From Leptospiraceae bacterium (GTDB taxonomy: Bacteria; Spirochaetota; Leptospiria; Leptospirales; Leptospiraceae): a stretch of DNA of 47,224 nucleotides. Shown in pieces: positions 40,369 to 47,224 of this stretch. The DNA lies in NCBI GenBank assembly GCA_035340035.1, contig DAOQJO010000043.1, positions 1-47,224 on the forward strand, given 5' to 3'. The position numbers were made by a program, and so were the translations under genes. The stretch's first letter is position 1. Every line of letters begins with the position of its first letter. The notes under the pieces were generated by a model. The model saw only the letters and a program-made list of their open reading frames with translations. It made no database searches and was not told the origin of the DNA.

Positions 40369-41232
40369 TTGAAAAATAGATTTAAAATATTATTAGTTGC
40401 TTCCTTTTTACTGGGAATCATTTATTTTTATCTTCATTCCTTACCCATACCTGTGAATCCTGTTCGTAAATCTATGGAAGGTGGTGAGTTTAGAATCGCA
40501 CATCGATGTGGTAGATCGATTCTTCCGGAAAATACTTTATTTGCCTGTAAAACAATTTATGAAAAAAATCTAGCTGATATTCTAGAAATGGATGTGCATC
40601 TCACAAAGGATTCTCATCTGGTAGTCATTCATGACTCTACAGTGGATAGAACAACCAACGGGAAGGGAAAAGTAGAAGAACTAACGTATGAAGAGATTCG
40701 TTCTTTAGATGCAGGATATACATTTACAAAAGATGGAGAGTATCCTTTCCGAGGAAAAGGAATTCAGATTTTAGAACTAGAAGAATTTTTTAAAGCACTT
40801 CCCAATGCAAAGTATTATATAGAAGTGAAAGACAAACATCCATTAGCCGCAAAAATTTTATCAGACTTAATTGATATATATAATATGCAAGAAAAAGCCT
40901 ATATTGGATCTGTTCGAGAAAGTGTAAATTTATCTTTAAAGGAAATGAGCCAGGGTAGACATATTGTCTTTGCCGGATTTTTATCAACTTTCAAATGGTA
41001 TATCGGATATTTATTATCGATTCGTGGTGCTATTTCTACTCCGGAAGTATTGGTTACTCCTGATTTGCCTCATCTTATGCCTTTACATGCTGGATTTAGA
41101 AAAGCATTAAAAGAACAAAATATTAAAATTCATATTTTTACAATAAATGATGCAAACAGAATTAGAGAGTTAAAAGAATTAGGTGTAGATGGGGTTATGA
41201 CTGATAATCCATACTTTTTTGAGACTCAATAG
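40369..41232 (+). CDS. Glycerophosphodiester phosphodiesterase (GDPD family), membrane-anchored/secreted
   Basis: HRCGRSILPENTLFA...EMDVHLTKDSHLVVIHD is the GDPD catalytic signature. Apparent TTG start. Confidence 0.75.
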   Translation: MKNRFKILLVASFLLGIIYFYLHSLPIPVNPVRKSMEGGEFRIAHRCGRSILPENTLFACKTIYEKNLADILEMDVHLTKDSHLVVIHDSTVDRTTNGKGKVEELTYEEIRSLDAGYTFTKDGEYPFRGKGIQILELEEFFKALPNAKYYIEVKDKHPLAAKILSDLIDIYNMQEKAYIGSVRESVNLSLKEMSQGRHIVFAGFLSTFKWYIGYLLSIRGAISTPEVLVTPDLPHLMPLHAGFRKALKEQNIKIHIFTINDANRIRELKELGVDGVMTDNPYFFETQ

Positions 41233-41353
41233 AAATGATTGTAATGTGATTGTAATGATTCTGTTGTCTATATTTTACAATCCTCTCCAAACGATTCTTG
41301 TTTAGTGGTTGACTTTTTTGAATGAATCAATCAGTCTATACAGAGAGAATACT

Positions 41354-41740
41354 ATGAAGTCTACGAAAGGAAAAATAAGTAAGGTTTTATTTACATCCAT
41401 TGTTCTTTTTTCATTCGTTTTTAGCATTTCTTTTCTCTCTTTCAAACAAGTAAAATCACTCCCTTTTGTCAAAGCATCTAAGGCTTTAAATGACTTTCAT
41501 AAGATAAAAGATCATCTCTATTCAACCGAATACAATCTTTCCAGTTTTCTATGCAACACAGATGAGTTTAGAATTAGCAGTCTTGAGGAAGAAAGAGATT
41601 ATTTACATTTTCATACCTACCTAATTCCCTATTTAACTGATTTTCACCATTATTATAAAAATAAAAATTTTAGTCTTCATTTTCGATCTGATTTTAATTA
41701 CAAACTCTATTCTATACCACCTCCAACCTCTCTTTCCTAA
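41354..41740 (+). CDS. Hypothetical protein with N-terminal signal/TM
   Basis: ATG at 41354 (MKSTKGKISKVLFTSIVLFSFVF); the track ORF begins at an upstream TTG. Confidence 0.35.
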   Translation: MKSTKGKISKVLFTSIVLFSFVFSISFLSFKQVKSLPFVKASKALNDFHKIKDHLYSTEYNLSSFLCNTDEFRISSLEEERDYLHFHTYLIPYLTDFHHYYKNKNFSLHFRSDFNYKLYSIPPPTSLS

Positions 41741-41785
41741 AATCAGCTCAATTTAAACCAAATTTTTTTAAAACAGGAGAGTATT

Positions 41786-42178
41786 ATGTTTAGTGCAAAA
41801 GATATTATAAATTTAAAAGACGTTTTCTATCATCAAGGTAGTTGGAAGAATTATACAAGCATTTCGATCGAAGGAAGTAAAGTAGGAATCAAGGATGAGT
41901 CCTCCGTAAAAAAATATGTTCAAATGGTAGGAGAGACAATTAGCAATTCCGATTCGGTATGTCATGTTGCTAAAAAAGAGACCGATCATTCTTTTTCTTC
42001 TTTTCAGGTTTTGGAAAAGTCCTGTATCGCAGGTCATTTTCCGATAGAAAAACCTACTTCTAATATTGAGATTTTTTCTTCCCATTCTTTGAATCTTGAG
42101 GAAATTCTCAAAATCACACAGGACTATTTCAACTGTGAGAACCTAAGCGTTTCTACCTACAGCAAGGCAACCGCTTAG
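41786..42178 (+). CDS. Hypothetical protein
   Basis: 130-aa ORF with a strong AGGAGA RBS. Confidence 0.4.
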   Translation: MFSAKDIINLKDVFYHQGSWKNYTSISIEGSKVGIKDESSVKKYVQMVGETISNSDSVCHVAKKETDHSFSSFQVLEKSCIAGHFPIEKPTSNIEIFSSHSLNLEEILKITQDYFNCENLSVSTYSKATA

Positions 42179-42352
42179 AGATTGGCTTATCTTAATTTAG
42201 TTTCCTTGGCTAAATTAAAATTTATCTCCCCCTTTTCTGAGGGTTAGATTCTAATCCTCAGATTTTTTGAAAATGGTTTCTTTTTGTAAATTCAATTGGA
42301 ATAAGTCTATATTATTCCCAAAAAAAGACGATATTAAATGTAGTATCTTTAT

Positions 42353-43171
42353 ATGGCACTGACAAAAGAACAGACTGCATCCTACATTGAAAACTTAAAA
42401 GAGTTTAAATCTTATATTGAAGAACTAAAAAAGGACGTGAGCCTTTATAAAGTTCAGATGAAGAAAAATTCGAACAAAGCAATGGATCCTTACTATCAAC
42501 TTGCTTTAGTTCTAAATTCAATTAAACTAATCAATACATGTATTAGTATCAATGAAGTATCCCTAATCACTCGGAATTTAAAAGCAGAAGACTACTTAAA
42601 TACTGCCCGAAAGGAAGTTTACAGTGTATTGTCTGCTATGGAAAAAGTGGTAGGAAGTGACCATGAGAATGGACTCGATGAAAATCGGGAACTATTAGAT
42701 GCAATTACTGAAATCACTCCTTTGCAAAGACTTCATTTTTTAAAAAGCTTTCGAAAAACCATCAATACACTTGTAGATGCATATGGACAAGGAAGCAAAT
42801 GGCGTTGGAGCTGGCCTGAGATTTATTTCAAATTAGCTGTTCTTACCAAGAATTTCTTTGATTTTAGAGCATTCGAGAGAGAAAATGATCTAAGCAATCC
42901 CTATTTTTATGTTCGAAGAGAGCATTACAATATGATCATTGAACTTGCCAACTATACCGCCCAAGAATATAGAACCAAGTTTGACCTTTCAACCAATGAC
43001 ACTGGAGATTTGAAGAAATCGGTTGCGATGCTCGAAATGAACCGTAAAATCTTCCAAATCACAGGAAACACAGAGGATTTGGATAAAACCAAGACTCTCA
43101 TTGAGTCCCTCAACAATAAAATAGATACAATTGAGAATGACAAAGCGAATGCTAAAAAAAAGAAAAAATAA
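42353..43171 (+). CDS. Hypothetical cytoplasmic protein
   Basis: 272 aa, helical, Lys-rich tail; no recognisable domain. Confidence 0.4.
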   Translation: MALTKEQTASYIENLKEFKSYIEELKKDVSLYKVQMKKNSNKAMDPYYQLALVLNSIKLINTCISINEVSLITRNLKAEDYLNTARKEVYSVLSAMEKVVGSDHENGLDENRELLDAITEITPLQRLHFLKSFRKTINTLVDAYGQGSKWRWSWPEIYFKLAVLTKNFFDFRAFERENDLSNPYFYVRREHYNMIIELANYTAQEYRTKFDLSTNDTGDLKKSVAMLEMNRKIFQITGNTEDLDKTKTLIESLNNKIDTIENDKANAKKKKK

Positions 43172-43285
43172 TCTTTTCTTTTAGTATTCAAAAATATCTA
43201 TTGAATATATACCTTTTGTAAATAAATAAAGAAATAATTAGATATTGAACTATCTAATAGATAAGGAACTAAAAAGGAGTTTTTT

Positions 43286-43600
43286 ATGGCATTAGCAGAA
43301 ATCACAGATTCAAATTACCAACAAGAGACAAGTTCTGGTCTAGTTTTAGTAGACTGTTGGGCTGAATGGTGCGGACCTTGTAGAATGGTTGCGCCTGTTT
43401 TAGAAGAATTATCCAAAGAGTATGGTGGTAAAGTTTCTATTAAAAAATTAAACGTAGATGATAACCAAAGAACTGCTCAGGATTTAGGAATTCAATCAAT
43501 TCCAACTCTTCTTCTCTATAAGAATGGAGCTTTGGTGGATAAAGCAATTGGTGCTTTACCAAAAAATCAAATCAAAAACTTTATTGAAAGACACGCGTGA
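43286..43600 (+). CDS. trxA: Thioredoxin
   Basis: 104 aa with the WAEWCGPC active site; AAGGAG RBS. Confidence 0.9.
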   Translation: MALAEITDSNYQQETSSGLVLVDCWAEWCGPCRMVAPVLEELSKEYGGKVSIKKLNVDDNQRTAQDLGIQSIPTLLLYKNGALVDKAIGALPKNQIKNFIERHA

Positions 43601-44727
43601 AAAGAACGCTTGCTTTTACGGAAGAGCACAACAGTTTCAGAGAATCTACTCGTAAATTTTTTGAAACTGAAGTAAAACCTTTCCATGAAGAGTGGGAGAA
43701 AGTTGGAATTGTTCCCAGAGAGATTTGGGAGAAAGCTGGGAATGCTGGTCTACTTTGCCCTGATGTTCCCGAAGCCTACGGAGGTTCTGGGGCAGACTTC
43801 CTCTATAATGTGATCATTATAGAAGAATCTTCTAGAGCTGGGAATACTGGTTTTTTTATTTCTCTGCACAACGATATTATTGCTCCCTATATCACCGAAT
43901 ACGGAAACGAAGAACAAAAAAAGAGATGGCTTCCCGGCTGCGTCTCGGGAGAAAAAATACTCGCGATTGCAATGACGGAACCAGGCGCAGGGTCTGATCT
44001 CAAATCAATCCGCACAACCGCGATTGAAAAAGATGATCACTTTCTTCTCAATGGATCTAAAACCTTTATTAGCAACGGTCAACTGGCAGATTATGTAATC
44101 GTTGCAGCAAAGACTAGCGATGATGCAATGAGCCTACTTATGGTAGAAAGGGGAATGCCTGGCTTTGAAAGAGGTCGTCGTCTCGAAAAGATTGGTCTGA
44201 AGGCACAAGATACTTCTGAACTTCATTTTACAGATGTGAAAATTCCAAAACAAAATCTCATCGGTAAAAAAGGACAAGGCTTTCGCTATTTGATGACCAA
44301 ATTAGCAAAAGAGAGATTGGTATTGGCTGTTGGTGCCACGGAGGCGACCGCGATGGTTCATGAAATCACTCTGCGTTATTTGAAAGAGAGAGAAGCATTC
44401 GGAAAAAAAATTGGCAGTTTCCAACACATCCGCTTTAAAATGGCGGAAATGAAAACAGAATTAGAAATCTGCAGAACTTTCTGTGATCAAGCAGTGAACG
44501 CTATTATTTCTGGCGAACTCACAACAAGCGAAGCTTCTATGGCAAAATGGTATTCTACCGAAATGCAGAAAAGACATACGGATGAATGTCTTCAATTCTT
44601 TGGTGGATATGGTTATATGTTAGAATATCCAATTGCAAGAGCCTATCTAGATGCAAGAGTGCAAACGATATACGCTGGAACCACCGAAATCATGAAAGAA
44701 ATCATTGCTAGAAGCATTGGTTTATAA
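43597..44727 (+). CDS. Acyl-CoA dehydrogenase
   Basis: Full ACAD architecture (AMTEPGAGSDL, YAGTTEIMKEIIAR). GTG start overlaps the trxA stop by 4 nt. Confidence 0.85.
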   Translation: MKRTLAFTEEHNSFRESTRKFFETEVKPFHEEWEKVGIVPREIWEKAGNAGLLCPDVPEAYGGSGADFLYNVIIIEESSRAGNTGFFISLHNDIIAPYITEYGNEEQKKRWLPGCVSGEKILAIAMTEPGAGSDLKSIRTTAIEKDDHFLLNGSKTFISNGQLADYVIVAAKTSDDAMSLLMVERGMPGFERGRRLEKIGLKAQDTSELHFTDVKIPKQNLIGKKGQGFRYLMTKLAKERLVLAVGATEATAMVHEITLRYLKEREAFGKKIGSFQHIRFKMAEMKTELEICRTFCDQAVNAIISGELTTSEASMAKWYSTEMQKRHTDECLQFFGGYGYMLEYPIARAYLDARVQTIYAGTTEIMKEIIARSIGL

Positions 44728-44754
44728 TAAAAATTTTATAATGTAGAAATCAAT

Positions 44755-45528
44755 ATGAATTACCTATCTAAATCTAAAATATTCTATCTATTTTTTTTCA
44801 TTTTACCCATTCTAATTTCTCTATCAGCAAATGATTTGCTCTATGGGAAAGTAGACCGAGTTAAATATCTAATGGGAGATTATCCGAGAGAAGGAAATCT
44901 AAAAGTATTCACCAATGAAATCGAAAAAAATACCCATACCTTGAGAGAAGATACAATCAAGGCTCTGAAACAAATGATAGAAGCTTATGATCGAGATAGA
45001 GAAGGAAAAAGTAAGCAGCATATTTTTGTTGTATCAGCTCATCGCAGTTATGCAGATCAAAAGAGTATTTGGGAACAGAAGTTTAAAGGAACTCGTAAAA
45101 TGCGTGAGTCAATAGAAGGTAAGACTCCAGAGCAAATTGTAAATTTAATTTTAGAATACTCAAGCGCACCTGGAACTTCTAGACATCACTGGGGAACTGA
45201 CATTGATATAAATGCACTGCAAAATGATTATTTTACAGGAAAAGGAAATGGTGCCTTTTTATATGAATGGCTTCAAAAAAATGCTCATAAATACGGATTT
45301 TGCCAGCCTTATAATGAATTAAGCAAACGAAATAATAAAGGCTATAATGAAGAAAAATGGCACTGGTCTTATGCACGTGTTGCCAACCAATTACAGAAAG
45401 AGTGGGAAGAGGCTTATAAGAAAAAAGAAATAACTTTTACTGGAAAGTTTTCTGGATCTGATGTATTGGGTGACCGTCCTCTAGAGTATGTAACCTCTAT
45501 CAATTCAGATTGCAAGAACGTTAAATAG
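44755..45528 (+). CDS. VanY-like D-Ala-D-Ala carboxypeptidase / LAS-family M15 zinc peptidase
   Basis: Signal/TM N terminus; SAHRSYADQ...SRHHWGTDIDI matches the M15B motif (H-x6-D...H). Confidence 0.65.
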   Translation: MNYLSKSKIFYLFFFILPILISLSANDLLYGKVDRVKYLMGDYPREGNLKVFTNEIEKNTHTLREDTIKALKQMIEAYDRDREGKSKQHIFVVSAHRSYADQKSIWEQKFKGTRKMRESIEGKTPEQIVNLILEYSSAPGTSRHHWGTDIDINALQNDYFTGKGNGAFLYEWLQKNAHKYGFCQPYNELSKRNNKGYNEEKWHWSYARVANQLQKEWEEAYKKKEITFTGKFSGSDVLGDRPLEYVTSINSDCKNVK

Positions 45529-45559
45529 CGTTCATTCCTTGTAATGAAAAAAATTATAA

Positions 45560-45594
45560 ATTACCACCGATTCGCACCTATGACACCGATAAAT
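45560..45594. repeat. Partial, diverged copy (5' arm only) of the MITE-like element
   Basis: attaccaccgattcgcacctatgacaccgataaata matches the 5' arm of copy 1 (attaccaccgatagacactgaggacaccgataaaag). Confidence 0.4.
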
Positions 45595-45770
45595 AGGAAA
45601 CACTTTGAAACCATTAGTGTTGATTGCAGTTCAAATGAAAATTTCTTCTGTCAAATTCGCAATAACTAGTTCACCATCCGTAATGTGAGCGCTTTTTGAA
45701 GAATGAGTAGAAAAGAAATTGTGTAAAATTTTCCATTTAGAAAATCTTACACAATTCTGAGATTCGGAAA

Positions 45771-46148
45771 TTAGGCTGCTTTTCTCTCTCGTTCCCTGTA
45801 TTCTTTGTTTGCTTTTTCTGCAAATCCATCAAATCGAACCGTAGAAGCGATTACTTTCCAACGTTGTCTGTTGGCTCCATCCGCTGACTTCCATCGATCC
45901 TGTTTGATGTAACCCAAGATGGTAACTTTTCTCCCCTTCTTTAAAAACTCAGAACAATTCTCCGCAACTTTGTCCCAAGCTTCAATATCAATGTACGATA
46001 CTTCGTTGTTGGCAGCTCCATCTTCCTCTTTGTGATCGTGGTTTACCGCAAGGCTAAAGGTAGATACCTTCTTTCCATTCCCAATTGTTTTTAATTCTGG
46101 ATCAGCTGTTAAGTTGCCATCTAGAATTGCAAATGCTAAATTTCTCAT
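45771..46148 (-). CDS. SSB-like OB-fold single-stranded DNA-binding protein lacking the acidic C-terminal tail
   Basis: MRNLAFAILDGNLTADPELKTIGNGKKVSTFSLAVN...YIDIEAWDKVAENC...KGRKVTILGYIKQDRW is the SSB OB fold. It ends ...EYRERERKAA with no D/E-rich IPF tail. Confidence 0.65.
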   Translation of the reverse strand: MRNLAFAILDGNLTADPELKTIGNGKKVSTFSLAVNHDHKEEDGAANNEVSYIDIEAWDKVAENCSEFLKKGRKVTILGYIKQDRWKSADGANRQRWKVIASTVRFDGFAEKANKEYRERERKAA

Positions 46149-46264
46149 CTTTCAATCTCCTTTTTGAACGTTTGTTGTTCTGTATATATAGAGAAAAAAG
46201 TTTGCTGATTCGTGCACTGTTATGGGGAAAAAGTTTTGAAACTTACGCCTTTGCTCAAAAAAAA

Positions 46265-46903
46265 TTATTTATCAGGGATAACATTTCGTATTCCCCCTCT
46301 AGGATTTCTAGTATCGTTTTTGTATCTTGGGATGATATGAATTTCAACATACGGATAATCTTGTCCGGAACTTTCACCTACATTAAATCCAATATTGTAT
46401 CCATCTGGTTTATATTCTTTATCTAAAAATACTTTTACTTTTTCTATCATTTCCCAAATCGATTTTTTTTCTTCTGGCAATGTGTGAAAGTAGCTGGGAA
46501 TTTCTCTTTTGGATAAAATTACTATATGTCCTCTATTGATCGGATTTTCATCATATATAGCATAACATAAATTATCCTCTATTATGATTTCTCTTTTCGT
46601 CGAAGAACGTGCTTTTAGAATCTTTGATTTTTTATCTACTTTTTGGAAATCCTTCTTTTGATCTACAAAGCTATCATCCGAAAAGAAATCAATGATTCTT
46701 ATCTTGAATGCATCACATATCGCTTCAATTGTATCGATTCTTGCATTTGATGGATTCTTACTTTCCATGAGCTGAATATGTTTTGCATCTATGCCGGAAA
46801 GCTCTGCTAGTTTTTCTTGTGTGAGTCCTCTTTTCTTTCGAAGATCCCGAATCCTTTGCCCAACTCTGATTGATATATCCCGATTTATTTTCACCGTAGG
46901 CAT
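46265..46903 (-). CDS. XRE-family HTH fused to a HIT-like domain with a degenerate histidine triad
   Basis: The N terminus is a Cro/C1-type HTH (IRVGQRIRDLRKKRGLTQEKLAELSGIDAKHIQLMESK). The C terminus has the HIT fold pattern (GHIVILSK...DGYNIGFNVGESSGQ...), but the His-x-His-x-His position reads Y-V-E-I-H. Confidence 0.6.
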   Translation of the reverse strand: MPTVKINRDISIRVGQRIRDLRKKRGLTQEKLAELSGIDAKHIQLMESKNPSNARIDTIEAICDAFKIRIIDFFSDDSFVDQKKDFQKVDKKSKILKARSSTKREIIIEDNLCYAIYDENPINRGHIVILSKREIPSYFHTLPEEKKSIWEMIEKVKVFLDKEYKPDGYNIGFNVGESSGQDYPYVEIHIIPRYKNDTRNPRGGIRNVIPDK

Positions 46904-46970
46904 ACGGTATCATACTTGACAGTGCAAGAAAACCGTCTATATATAGATATTATACCGTATATATACGGCA
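46902..46970. promoter_or_regulatory. Divergent overlapping promoters with three copies of a 9-mer operator half-site (ATACCGTAT / ATACGGTAT)
   Basis: The plus strand carries TTGACA, a 17-18 nt spacer and TATATA, pointing at the small ORF at 46999. The minus strand carries TTTAAT, a 17 nt spacer and TATAAT, pointing at the HTH-HIT gene. A near-perfect 18-bp palindrome taccgtatatatacggca lies at 46953-46970 and an ATACGGTAT site at 46902-46910. ctatatatag is itself palindromic. Confidence 0.5.
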
Positions 46971-46998
46971 TATTAAAATTTGTGGGAATGCTAGATTT

Positions 46999-47175
46999 AT
47001 GAAAAATAAAAAAACAAAAAACAATTCGGAATCTTCTTTAAATACTAAAAATATTTATACTGAAAATATATTTAGCGAAATGAATACAAAGTTTCTGGAT
47101 AGAAATGCAAATGAGTTTATTCAGTCGATCTTAAATGGAAATCTCTATAATCAAATAAAACCAAGTAAAGAGTGA
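46999..47175 (+). CDS. Small hypothetical ORF (58 aa) divergent from the HTH-HIT gene
   Basis: Read from sequence: MKNKKTKNNSESSLNTKNIYTENIFSEMNTKFLDRNANEFIQSILNGNLYNQIKPSKE. It lies downstream of the plus-strand consensus promoter. No SD is evident; the ORF is low-complexity. Confidence 0.25.
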   Translation: MKNKKTKNNSESSLNTKNIYTENIFSEMNTKFLDRNANEFIQSILNGNLYNQIKPSKE

Positions 47176-47224
47176 TACTCTGCCGTGTTATTTCCCTACA
47201 AGTAGTGTGTGGGTGTATCGGAAG

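Overview
This is an AT-rich (~36% GC) window that looks spirochaetal; its gene content (NHL-repeat and DUF1566-like lipoproteins, a 634-aa YidC, codon usage) is consistent with Leptospira. No rRNA, tRNA or CRISPR was found.

Layout:
- 1 to 5.6 kb, + strand: a chemotaxis operon, starting with a 5'-truncated MCP, then cheW, cheA, cheB, a GHKL-ATPase protein, cheY.
- 5.7 to 8.2 kb: an 832-aa ORF whose repeat, shoulder and coiled-coil regions align along its whole length with eukaryotic major vault protein (MVP).
- 8.2 to 11.1 kb: a secreted peptide made of six Cys-containing 16-aa repeats, then a MASE1-PAS hybrid histidine kinase.
- 11 to 22 kb, - strand: a conserved housekeeping block (HIBADH-like, clpS, malic enzyme, mnmE, jag, yidC, yidD, rnpA, rpmH, a membrane PilZ protein, pntB/pntAB/pntAA).
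- 22.0 to 22.6 kb: a GC-richer region with no ORF of 60 aa or more, possibly an ncRNA.
- 22.6 to 30 kb, - strand: an NHL-repeat lipoprotein plus partner, and a tight ftsH / unknown 486-aa / YdjM-like operon.
- 30 to 37.3 kb: a patchy, decayed accessory stretch. It holds a small ORF broken at an A9 tract, a DUF4160/DUF2442 pair, a Zn-dependent PLC/P1-nuclease-like secreted protein with a 5'-UTR hairpin over its RBS, an ankyrin pseudogene, an IS3 transposase remnant and a DUF1566-like lipoprotein.
- 38 to 45.5 kb: two acyl-CoA dehydrogenases, GDPD, trxA and a VanY-like M15 peptidase.
- 45.8 to 47.2 kb: an SSB-like protein without an acidic tail, an XRE-HTH fused to a degenerate HIT domain, and divergent overlapping promoters carrying palindromic operators.

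A ~95-125 bp MITE-like inverted-repeat element is present in three intergenic copies. The most unusual item is the full-length bacterial MVP homologue sitting between the che operon and the peptide/kinase pair.
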